Source of the DNA: a bacterium
Lineage (GTDB): Bacteria > Zhuqueibacterota > Zhuqueibacteria > Oceanimicrobiales > Oceanimicrobiaceae
Assembly: GCA_046757165.1 (NCBI GenBank)
Contig: JBHHXT010000008.1
Location: 1 to 60,977, forward strand
Length of the DNA: 60,977 bases
Reading direction: 5' to 3'
The notes under the pieces were generated by a model, which was not told the origin of the DNA, ran no database searches, and was given only the letters and a program-made list of their open reading frames with translations. The position numbers and the translations under genes were made by a program. Of the stretch, positions 9,573 to 18,172 are shown piece after piece (the first letter of the stretch is position 1; every line of letters starts with the position of its first letter).

Positions 9573-9745
9573 AACCGCGAATCAACGCTAATCCACGCGA
9601 ATCTGCTGCCTCGACTACGTTTTCGAACAAAGTGCCGCCGTCACCCCAATAAAGACACCGCCCTGATGTCATTGGCGCATGAATAAGACCAAATCCGTGT
9701 AAATCCGTTCTATCCGTTAAATCCGTGTTCTATTCATTTGCGGTT
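9573..9745. repeat. Short intergenic repeat element with 9-10 bp tandem units, bounded by an imperfect inverted repeat
   Basis: AACCGCGAAT/CAACGCTAAT/CCACGCGAAT (9573-9602); four ATCCGT units (9691-9734); ATTTGCGGTT (9736-9745) is a 9/10 inverted match to 9573-9582. Confidence 0.6.
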
Positions 9746-9924
9746 TCGCCGCGCTGGGAAACTCCAAAAAAATAGAAATAGTGATCCTACACAGTTTGCA
9801 ACTGTGTATACCTCCCAGATTTGTGCGCAAAACACGGTTGTCCCGCAAAGGCGGGATGTTGGATCGGGCTTGAATGAATTGTCTCCCCAAAAATGGGGGA
9901 CATTCAGTCCAGGCTAAAAACCGC

Positions 9925-9953
9925 TTGACTTTGTTCCACAGTTAAAATATATT
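9925..9953 (+). promoter_or_regulatory. sigma70-type promoter of the B12 operon
   Basis: TTGACT-N17-TATATT just upstream of the riboswitch. Confidence 0.7.
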
Positions 9954-9967
9954 TGTTGAAACATAGC

Positions 9968-10144
9968 GGAAACAGGTAATTCCCGTGATTCGGGAAGGAA
10001 GTCCGGTGAGAGTCCGGCGCTGCCCCGCAACTGTAATCAGCTACGAAAGCCACAATTACCACTGTGACGAGACAACTCTTCTATTTCGGAATGGGAAGGG
10101 TGGCGAGTAGGTTTGAAGCTGTGAGCCAGGAGACCTGCCTGTGC
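9968..10144 (+). promoter_or_regulatory. Cobalamin (AdoCbl) riboswitch
   Basis: ACAGGT..GGGAA..CCGGTGAGAGTCCGG..CTGCCCCGCAACTGTAA..CCACTG..TGGGAAGG..GAGCCAGGAGACCTGCCTGT (B12 box). Confidence 0.95.
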
Positions 10145-10185
10145 GTATCTTCGAGGGAAGGATGCTAAGCATTTCTATGCCAACT

Positions 10186-10229
10186 GATCCTCAATTTCCA
10201 GGCCTCGGAGATTGGGGATTTTCTCTTTT
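10186..10229 (+). terminator. Riboswitch expression-platform terminator
   Basis: GATCCTCAATTTCC/GGAGATTGGGGATT stem followed by TTCTCTTTT, between aptamer and start codon. Confidence 0.7.
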
Positions 10230-10312
10230 GAGCACCCATCTCCACCCGATATCGTCCACAGATCCGCTCTGATTCATTTCACAACTCTTAAGCAAGCAAG
10301 GAAGACACCGAC

Positions 10313-12532
10313 ATGTTCGATGCGATCAAAATGCCGGGCGTCGTCCTGGCGTTTGTCCTGGGTGCATGCACGTTTGCCCTGGGACAGTCAACCGTCAAGA
10401 TTGAAGGGTATGTTACCTCCGGTGATGGCCAGCCACTTGCCGGGGCCAATGTGGTCGTCATCGGGACTGGGCACGGCGCAGTGAGCGACGGCCGCGGATA
10501 TTTTTTCATCGAAAATCTTTTTGCCGGGGAATACCAGATCGAGGCCCGCTTCATGGGGTATGAGCCGGGTGAGCCCCGCACCGTCGTGGTCAGCAAGGAT
10601 TCTGGCGTGAACGTCAACTTCGTCCTGCGCCCGCGAATCTTGTCCCTGGGTAAAATTGTCGTCGAAGGGAAGCGGCCGGCACAGGCCATCAGCGTGCAAC
10701 AGATTCTATCGCGTGAAACCATCGAGCAGAGTGGCGCTGCGACCCTGGATGAACTCCTCTCAAGCGTTGCAGGCGTGCAGGTGGTGGGAGACGGCACAGG
10801 CTCCGGGCGCAAGCGGCTCTCTATCCGGGGCAGCAACCCCAATCAAGTTCTGGTGTTCTATGACGGCGTGCTTCTGAATGATCCGTTTTCTGCGGAAGCA
10901 GACTTGAGCGGGATTTCGCTCGCAAGCGTCGAGGAGATTCGAATAACCAAAGGCGGCGCCAGCCATCGATACGGCAGCGGCGCGCTCGGTGGAGTCATCG
11001 AGGTCATTTCGCGCAAGTATCGCGTGGATGAGGTACGCCTGAGCAGCAAGGCCGGCAGTTTCAATACCCTTGGCATCCAACCTCTGGTTGCGGGCAGCGT
11101 GGGCAAGCTGACTTATTTGCTGAACTTCGAGCACGCCCGTGAGAAAGGAGATTTTCCCTATGCCTACACGCGTCTGGACGGCTCAACGGTCAGAGAACAG
11201 CGACTCAATGCGGACTTTACGGCGAACAACTATTTCGGCAAGTTCGCCCTGGAGCTGAATCAGCACACCTTGCAGATTCAAGCCAACATTTATCACTCGC
11301 AGCGTGGATTGCCCGGGCTGGTATTTGCGTGGACACCGTTCGCGCAGGCGGAAACCGAGCGCAGAATACTCATCGGAAAATATTCTATGCACACGGATCG
11401 GTGGCGCAGCGAGCTGCAGCTTTCCCAGCACCTGAACAGGAACCAATTCTTGAATGACCCGCCGGAGCAGGCGCCGCCACGGTTTCGAGCGGTTCCGGCC
11501 TATCACTCGAAGTATCGTGTTCTTTCGCACCGCGCCGCTTTGGACAATGACTTTTTTGGGGGAGAGAGCTATCGCTCGCTTTTGCAGGCGGTCATTCAGA
11601 GCGATTCTTTTGAGGATGAAGATCTGCGCGGCGGATTCCTGGGCGGCGAACGCAAGACTCAAAATCTGAACGCAAGTGTGATGGCTCGTGGTGAGTGGCA
11701 TCTATCCATACCCGGCATCCTCACCACGGTCCTGGTGACGCATGCCGTCCGGGTCGACTACTTCTCATTCAAGAGTGGAGCGCTGAGGCGACGGGACTCG
11801 CAAATCAGCCCCTCCCTCGGTCTGGTACTCTCTCGCCAGCACGGGGTGCGGACCATGTTGAGCATCAATTGGGGCCGCTCGTTTCGGGTGCCTTCCTTCG
11901 CAGACTTGTTCTTCCAGGACTTTCGCATCCGTGGAAATCCTGACCTGCTACCGGAAACGAGCTGGGGCTTCGACGCACAGGTGAAGGTGGGGCTGCCCGT
12001 GCCCGGTAGGTGGGAGTTATCCGCCGGCTACTTCCGCCAACGAATCGACAACCTGGTTGTCTGGCAATTGGGGTCGTTTGCCACCTGGCAGCCCTCGAAC
12101 AGCAAAGCCCTTCTAAGGGGCTGGGAGCTCAGCGGGACCTGGAGTTTTCTGAGCGGGCACGTTGTCGCTCAGGCCAGCCACGTCATCTTACGGGCAATCA
12201 ACAAGAACGGCGAAAGAACGACCCACAACCGGATACTGACTTATCGGCCAGCCCATACCACAAATCTTGGTGTTCGAGTCAACCTGGCGCCCATCGTGCT
12301 GAATTATCAAAGAAGGGTAGTGGCCAAGCGGTTTACCAACGCCTCCAACCAGAAGAGCCTCCCGATGTATGCTGTCGACGACCTGACGCTCTTGCTAAAG
12401 ATGAATTTCAAAGGAGTTGGCTTCAATCTCAATGCCTCTCTTTTCAATCTTTTCGATGCACGGTACGAAATCGTCCGCCGGGCGCCGATGCCTGGCCGGC
12501 ATTGGAGGGTGGGTCTGGAAATCGTGAGGTAG
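10313..12532 (+). CDS. TonB-dependent receptor, probably BtuB-like cobalamin receptor, with N-terminal carboxypeptidase-regulatory-like domain
   Basis: Signal peptide, G.V...DG.PL.GANV; plug SIRGS...VLV..DG, EEIRITKGG.S..YGSGALGGVI; GNPDLLPE; NLFD..Y..PGR; lies under a B12 riboswitch. Confidence 0.9.
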   Translation: MFDAIKMPGVVLAFVLGACTFALGQSTVKIEGYVTSGDGQPLAGANVVVIGTGHGAVSDGRGYFFIENLFAGEYQIEARFMGYEPGEPRTVVVSKDSGVNVNFVLRPRILSLGKIVVEGKRPAQAISVQQILSRETIEQSGAATLDELLSSVAGVQVVGDGTGSGRKRLSIRGSNPNQVLVFYDGVLLNDPFSAEADLSGISLASVEEIRITKGGASHRYGSGALGGVIEVISRKYRVDEVRLSSKAGSFNTLGIQPLVAGSVGKLTYLLNFEHAREKGDFPYAYTRLDGSTVREQRLNADFTANNYFGKFALELNQHTLQIQANIYHSQRGLPGLVFAWTPFAQAETERRILIGKYSMHTDRWRSELQLSQHLNRNQFLNDPPEQAPPRFRAVPAYHSKYRVLSHRAALDNDFFGGESYRSLLQAVIQSDSFEDEDLRGGFLGGERKTQNLNASVMARGEWHLSIPGILTTVLVTHAVRVDYFSFKSGALRRRDSQISPSLGLVLSRQHGVRTMLSINWGRSFRVPSFADLFFQDFRIRGNPDLLPETSWGFDAQVKVGLPVPGRWELSAGYFRQRIDNLVVWQLGSFATWQPSNSKALLRGWELSGTWSFLSGHVVAQASHVILRAINKNGERTTHNRILTYRPAHTTNLGVRVNLAPIVLNYQRRVVAKRFTNASNQKSLPMYAVDDLTLLLKMNFKGVGFNLNASLFNLFDARYEIVRRAPMPGRHWRVGLEIVR

Positions 12533-12585
12533 AGCACGTGCCGAGGACACCAAACCATTCATAACCATTCACTTAAGGAGGAACC

Positions 12586-14484
12586 ATGAAAAGACGAGAC
12601 TTTTGTTTACTGGGGATTGTGTTGCTCATTACGCACAGCTTCGCGCAGGATACGCCAAGGAAGCTCTACGTTCTAAATGGCCTGGCTCAGACGGTTTCCG
12701 TCATGAACCTCGAGACCGAACAAATCATGAACGACGTTGTGAAGGTGGGAGACATCCCAGGCCGCATCTACGCACGCGGAGAGAGGATTTACGTGGTCAA
12801 TTCAGTGCCGGCAGGCATTACCGTGATAAATGGCAGAACTGAGCAGATCGAGATGGAAATTTCCCTCACAGATGGCAGCAATCCGTGGGCTCTGGCGTTT
12901 GTCGGCACGACAAAAGCGTACGTCACCAATCTGGTCGCCAACACGATTACGGTCGTCGACCTCGCCACCGGTGACTCTCTCGAGACCATCGAGGTGGGCG
13001 AGGCGCCAGAGGGCATTCTTGTGGTTGGAAACACGGCGTATGTTGCCAACACAGGTGGGTTCCCGGACTACACCCCGTCGACTCTCTCTGTGATCGATAT
13101 CACCACCGATGTGATCACAAAAACCCTCCAGGTGCCGATGAATCCACAAGATTTGGCCCTTGCCCCGGATGGCAACATCCACGTGGTTTGCACCGGCAAT
13201 TTCGTGGATGTTTTTGGCAAGGTTGCCGTGGTCGATCCGTTCGGAGATACGGATTTCACCGCCCTGGTGGTCGATACGCTGGAAATCGGGGGCTCGCCAG
13301 GAGACATCGTTGTCACCGCTGACAGCGTTGGCTATCTGCCGGACTTTGGGGATGAAACCGGCGGTTTTCTGTATCGCTACAATGCCTTCACACGAACGGT
13401 TGAACGCAATGCCACCAATCCAATTCTGGTTGGCAAGGGGGCCATGAATCTTCTATTTGATGGGCGGACAGGGCAGTTGTGGGTTAGCAACTTTGCCGAG
13501 GATGCTGTTCAACTGCTCGATGCAGCGGACGGGGGTGTTGTCAACACCTTTGACTTTGGTGACGGTGCGCAAGCCATGGCGATCCTGGAGCCTTTTTCCG
13601 AATCAGACCCCTGGGCCGATCTTGTGGCATCCTTCACTCCCGGAGAGGGCGCTGGTTTTGGGGAGAATTTCTTTCCGGACAATGTGCTCGGACCACCTGA
13701 TCCCGATCCGACCTTGACCGAGTTCAATCCGAGCGCCAAGCCGCAGGAAATCCTCTCTCTTGGAACAGGAGGCGAAATCACGCTCGAATTCCAGGACAAC
13801 GTCATCGTCGACCGTGACGGCCCGGACTTCACTGTTTTCGAAAACGTTTTCTTGAACGTGTTTGATGACAACAAACCGTTTCTTGAAGCGGCTTTCGTGG
13901 CGGTCAGCATGGATGGCGAGAATTTTGTGACCTTCCCGGCCGATACAGCGACGTTTGAGGGTTTCGCAGGCGTCACGCCAACGCTTGATAATCTCAACCC
14001 GACCAACCCGGAAGTATCTGGCGGCGATTCATTCGATCTGGCCGACCTCGGCCTGCCCCTCGCACGGTTCGTTCGTCTGACCGACCTGGGGACGGTCAAG
14101 CAGGAGGGACCGTTCAACGGCGACTTTGATCTGGATGCCGTGGTGGCCATCAACAGCGAGCCAGCCCCCCCTGCCTCGGTGGCTGCGGGCGATGCTCCCA
14201 TTCCTACGACTTTTTCACTCTCTCAAAACTACCCGAATCCTTTCAATCCTGAGACGCGCATCGACTTTGAGCTTTCCGCCAGGACGCTTGTCCAAATCGA
14301 GGTATTCAACCTGGCGGGCCAGGTGGTTGCAACCCTGGTGGACGGGGCGTTTGAGGCCGGCAAATTCTCCACGAGGTGGAACGGCACAGACAAACTGGGG
14401 CGCAGCGTTGCCAGCGGCGTCTATCTTTACCAGATGCGCGCCGATGATTCTAGCGTGGCGAAACGATTGATTTTGCTAAGATAG
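12586..14484 (+). CDS. Secreted protein: YncE/BtuG-like beta-propeller + putative cobalamin-binding surface domain + FlgD-Ig/T9SS-like C-terminal domain
   Basis: Signal peptide cleaved at A-Q; YVTN-type repeats; SLGTGGEITLEF..DGPDFTVFEN..FDLADLG; LSQNYPNPFNPET..ASGVYLY..KRLILLR. Confidence 0.8.
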   Translation: MKRRDFCLLGIVLLITHSFAQDTPRKLYVLNGLAQTVSVMNLETEQIMNDVVKVGDIPGRIYARGERIYVVNSVPAGITVINGRTEQIEMEISLTDGSNPWALAFVGTTKAYVTNLVANTITVVDLATGDSLETIEVGEAPEGILVVGNTAYVANTGGFPDYTPSTLSVIDITTDVITKTLQVPMNPQDLALAPDGNIHVVCTGNFVDVFGKVAVVDPFGDTDFTALVVDTLEIGGSPGDIVVTADSVGYLPDFGDETGGFLYRYNAFTRTVERNATNPILVGKGAMNLLFDGRTGQLWVSNFAEDAVQLLDAADGGVVNTFDFGDGAQAMAILEPFSESDPWADLVASFTPGEGAGFGENFFPDNVLGPPDPDPTLTEFNPSAKPQEILSLGTGGEITLEFQDNVIVDRDGPDFTVFENVFLNVFDDNKPFLEAAFVAVSMDGENFVTFPADTATFEGFAGVTPTLDNLNPTNPEVSGGDSFDLADLGLPLARFVRLTDLGTVKQEGPFNGDFDLDAVVAINSEPAPPASVAAGDAPIPTTFSLSQNYPNPFNPETRIDFELSARTLVQIEVFNLAGQVVATLVDGAFEAGKFSTRWNGTDKLGRSVASGVYLYQMRADDSSVAKRLILLR

Positions 14485-14953
14485 GTTGGGGAGGTGCTGA
14501 TTCCGGCGCCCGAAACGCTGGAACCGGCGTTCCTCTTTTGGCGGAAACCCGGAAATTGTTCAGTTTTTAGTCATCAAGGTGTTTAGATACTACACAAATG
14601 GATTGACTCCTGACATGCGGCTAAATGATTCGGGTATTTGTAACCAACCGTGCTGGCAAAAAAGTGGATTATTTTCAGATAGTTTTGCCGGGAAATCGGA
14701 TTTGTTAACATACTTTAACCTTGCATTCACAAATATTTCTTGACTAAGAGGGATTAGTGTTGTATTTTCAAGTTTTAACTGGCCGATTATCGACCACCCC
14801 TGTGTCCAAATCAAAAAAGATGAATTGATGATATCAGGAAACTCCCGCAAAAACCACAATGCTATTGTAAGACATACATGTCGTCTACCCCAACGAATGA
14901 CCATGAAAGAGTAAACTTGAAGTCGCGTTAATTTGATTTCTGAGCACAACACC

Positions 14954-15904
14954 ATGTCGAATAACACCCGATCAAAAAGCATACTTGTCGTCGACGATGT
15001 TCCGGTTAACATACAATTGCTCACCACTTATCTCTCATCGGAAGGCTACCAGGTGATCTCCGCCAGAGATGGCAGCGAAGCGATTGCCAAGGTGAATGAA
15101 AGCAGGCCGGACCTCATTCTTCTGGATGTGATGATGCCGAAGATGAACGGCTTTGAGGTGTGCAAGATTCTGAAGTCCGAGCCGAGAACAAAATACATTC
15201 CAGTGATCCTGGTGACCGCCTTGAACGAGATGCAGGACAAGGTAAAGGGCATGAATTCAGGCGCGGATGACTTTCTCAGCAAACCCTTCAACAAATTGGA
15301 GCTGCTGGTTAGAGTTCGCTCTCTGCTTCGAATCAAGTACCTGCATGACGAGTTGCAAGATAAGGTGCTGGAGTTACAAAAGACCAAGGAGGAATTACGT
15401 CAATTAGCGATTACCGACGGATTGACAGGACTCTACAACTACCGCTATTTCAGGGAACAGTTGCAGCAGGAGATCAATCGCGCTCTGCGTCATGAGTTGA
15501 ACCTCTCGCTTATCATGATAGATATCGACCATTTCAAACACTACAATGACACCAATGGCCATCCAGCCGGAGATTTGCTCTTGCGTGAGATGGGCAAACT
15601 ACTGAAAGACAACATTCGTAGCATCGATGTGGCCTCGAGATACGGCGGTGAAGAGTTTTGTCTTGTGCTCAACGAGACGAACAAGAACGCAGCCAGAATT
15701 GTCGCAGAAAAGATCCGCAAGTTGGTCGAAGAACACACCTTCGAGTTCGAAGAGAAGCAGCCGACGGGCCGCATTACCATCAGCACTGGCGTCGCGACGT
15801 TTCCGGAGGATGGCAAAGAGTTCGAAGTGTTGGTCACCCGGGCGGATGAGCGCTTGTATCTCGCAAAGCAAGCGGGGAGAAACACGATTTTCGCAGATTC
15901 TTGA
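14954..15904 (+). CDS. Response-regulator diguanylate cyclase (REC-GGDEF)
   Basis: LLDVMMP..KPF receiver; TDGLTGLYNYR, RxxD I-site (RSID), GGEEF. Confidence 0.95.
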   Translation: MSNNTRSKSILVVDDVPVNIQLLTTYLSSEGYQVISARDGSEAIAKVNESRPDLILLDVMMPKMNGFEVCKILKSEPRTKYIPVILVTALNEMQDKVKGMNSGADDFLSKPFNKLELLVRVRSLLRIKYLHDELQDKVLELQKTKEELRQLAITDGLTGLYNYRYFREQLQQEINRALRHELNLSLIMIDIDHFKHYNDTNGHPAGDLLLREMGKLLKDNIRSIDVASRYGGEEFCLVLNETNKNAARIVAEKIRKLVEEHTFEFEEKQPTGRITISTGVATFPEDGKEFEVLVTRADERLYLAKQAGRNTIFADS

Positions 15905-15983
15905 CAAGGCACGAGCCGCCACGCACTTGATTCTTCACATTTGGTGCAAGAGAGCCAGCGCAATAACATAACGAGGGGAACTT

Positions 15984-17477
15984 ATGAAGGTACCGTTTTT
16001 CATCCGGAGTTCGCTCTTCAAAAAACTTTTTGTGGTCACCTTTTTTGCGGCTTTCGTCCCGATCGGTCTGTCGTGGATTTATTTCTTTTATCTTTCAGAC
16101 GGTACCATTCCCGGCCAGCACAGCAATTTACTGGTTGTCTACTATGGCTTGTTTGTGTTGGCCTTGTTTTCTGCTGCGCTCGGTGCCTATTCTTTCAGCA
16201 AACACATTACGCGGCCCATCACCCATTTCATCAAGAGCGCGATTGAGATTGCAGGCGGCAATTTTTCTCACCAGGTAAAGGTCGAATCCAGTGATGAAAT
16301 TGGACGATTGGCCAAGATATTCAACTATATGGTCGAAGAGCTGCGCCGTCTTCACGACAGGAACTTGTACGAAATAATCGCCTGGAAAAAGATTTATGAA
16401 ACGATCCTGGAGAATATCGCTGATGGCGTTATTTTGACCAAGCAAGATAACAAGATCATGTTCGTCAACCGTGCAGCCGAGGGGTTTTTTGATTTGGCTG
16501 CCACCAATGTCGTCAATCAGCCGATTGGAAAGACGCTCAGGCATCCGGAGCTTCTTGAAGCCATTCAGGCCACCAGGAATGGCAAGCAGAAACTCGACAA
16601 GATCGAAATCACCGTTGAGTCCTCATCGCGACGAAAGCCGATCATTTTGGAGGCCAAACCTCGATTTATTCCGCTCGAGGGTTCCGACAAGCTCGAAGTG
16701 AAGGAGGCCGTTGCAACGACTTTCACCGACTTGACCAATCTCAAGGAAGTCGACCGCGTCAAGACAGAACTGGTTTGGATGGTTGCTCATGAGCTGCGCT
16801 CTCCGCTCACCTGTATTTCAGGATTCACTGAACTGCTTCTCGACCCTTCAATTACGCGAGAGCAGGCAGAGGAGTATGCTTCAATCATTCTCAAGGAATC
16901 GAGCCGCCTGAATGATTTGATCAACAAATTCCTGGACATTTCCAAGATCGAGGCGGGCAAAAGTCATGTGCGAAAGACCCCGGTGGACATGAAAATGCTG
17001 GTGGAAAAAGTCCTGGATTTCAATTCTCAGTTGGCGGACAAGAAAGAGATTCACGTTCATTTCGAATCGCCGGCGGAAGTATCTCTTCTGGAACTGGACC
17101 GGGATTTGATAGAGCAGGCAATCCTGAACTTGTTTTCGAACGCGGTCAAATATAGCCCGGAAAACGCTCAGGTGACAGTTCGTTTGCGTGAGGATGCTAC
17201 TGTGATCTCTGTGGACATTGAAGATACTGGATATGGAATTTCCGAGAAATCAATACCCCATATCTTTGAAAAGTTCTACCGCGTCACCGACAACGAAGAC
17301 GTTCGGGACACCATGGGCTCCGGCCTGGGGTTGCCGCTGGTTAAGGAGATAGTCGAGATTCACGGCGGCAAGATAAAAGTGAGCAGCGTGTTAGGAAAAG
17401 GCTCGATCTTCACCATTTTCCTGCCCAAAAAGACGGTCGAGACTGCTGAAAGCCACATTGACCGGGTGCTGAATTAG
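15984..17477 (+). CDS. Membrane sensor histidine kinase (2TM-HAMP-PAS-HisKA-HATPase)
   Basis: DEIGRLA..FN HAMP; AHELRSPL; NAVKYS; DTGYGI; GSGLGL. Confidence 0.95.
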   Translation: MKVPFFIRSSLFKKLFVVTFFAAFVPIGLSWIYFFYLSDGTIPGQHSNLLVVYYGLFVLALFSAALGAYSFSKHITRPITHFIKSAIEIAGGNFSHQVKVESSDEIGRLAKIFNYMVEELRRLHDRNLYEIIAWKKIYETILENIADGVILTKQDNKIMFVNRAAEGFFDLAATNVVNQPIGKTLRHPELLEAIQATRNGKQKLDKIEITVESSSRRKPIILEAKPRFIPLEGSDKLEVKEAVATTFTDLTNLKEVDRVKTELVWMVAHELRSPLTCISGFTELLLDPSITREQAEEYASIILKESSRLNDLINKFLDISKIEAGKSHVRKTPVDMKMLVEKVLDFNSQLADKKEIHVHFESPAEVSLLELDRDLIEQAILNLFSNAVKYSPENAQVTVRLREDATVISVDIEDTGYGISEKSIPHIFEKFYRVTDNEDVRDTMGSGLGLPLVKEIVEIHGGKIKVSSVLGKGSIFTIFLPKKTVETAESHIDRVLN

Positions 17478-17491
17478 ATTCGACACGACAA

Positions 17492-18169
17492 ATGAAAAAG
17501 GGCACGGTCCTGCTGATCGATGACAATCAGGATATGATCACGATTGGCGAGCAAATCTTTGTGCCGGCGGGCTACCGATATGTCTCGGCAGAATGCGGAC
17601 GTGATGGGCTGAAGAAGCTGAAAGCGGAAGGGCCTGACGTGGTCATCCTCGACTATCTCTTGCCGGACATAAAGGGAGACGAACTGATTGAGCGGGTTGC
17701 CGGCACGGCTGAATTCGCTGACGCACGCTCCACGCCGTTTGTGATCTTGACCGCCTGGGAGGAAGAAATCGAGAACATGAGCCTTCTTTACAACAAGGGG
17801 TTGGCGGCTTATTTGACCAAACCGTTTGGGCATCGGGAGCTTAGATGCGTGATCGAGAATGTGATTCAGCGAAACCGGGCCAGGCAGCCGGGTCCGAAAT
17901 CGGACACGAGTCCTGCCCGCAAGTCAGGGTTCTGGCAAGAAAGCGAGGTGATTGCGGATCTGGCCAATTGTGTTTTGGGGCTGTCCAGAACTCTGTTGCA
18001 CAGCTTAGATGGCGAACTCAATGAGCAGCAGCGTACGGATTTGGCGGCCATCCACAATTGTGGCAAAAAACTGCTGAGACGGTTCGAGGCTCGCATTACC
18101 GCGACCAAAGCCGGGAAAGTCAGCCAAAAGAGAGAACTGAAAGATCTGGACCACCAGCAAAGTACTTAG
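17492..18169 (+). CDS. Response regulator with a C-terminal His-less DHp-like helical hairpin
   Basis: Intact receiver (ILDYLLPD, LTA, KPF); C-terminal LANCVLGLSRTLL..DGELNEQQRTDL..I..CG..LL. Confidence 0.8.
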   Translation: MKKGTVLLIDDNQDMITIGEQIFVPAGYRYVSAECGRDGLKKLKAEGPDVVILDYLLPDIKGDELIERVAGTAEFADARSTPFVILTAWEEEIENMSLLYNKGLAAYLTKPFGHRELRCVIENVIQRNRARQPGPKSDTSPARKSGFWQESEVIADLANCVLGLSRTLLHSLDGELNEQQRTDLAAIHNCGKKLLRRFEARITATKAGKVSQKRELKDLDHQQST

Positions 18170-18172
18170 TCT

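Noticed and set aside
9573..9745. CRISPR array
   Set aside because: Units are 9-10 bp and contiguous, with no spacers and no cas genes.
12480..12532. TonB receptor lacking a terminal aromatic residue as a sign of pseudogenisation
   Set aside because: The ORF is otherwise full length with the last strands present; this deviation alone is insufficient.
14590..15027. 145-aa minus-strand ORF in the AT-rich region before the diguanylate cyclase
   Set aside because: Overlaps the cyclase start antisense and has no motif; the region is better explained as regulatory DNA.
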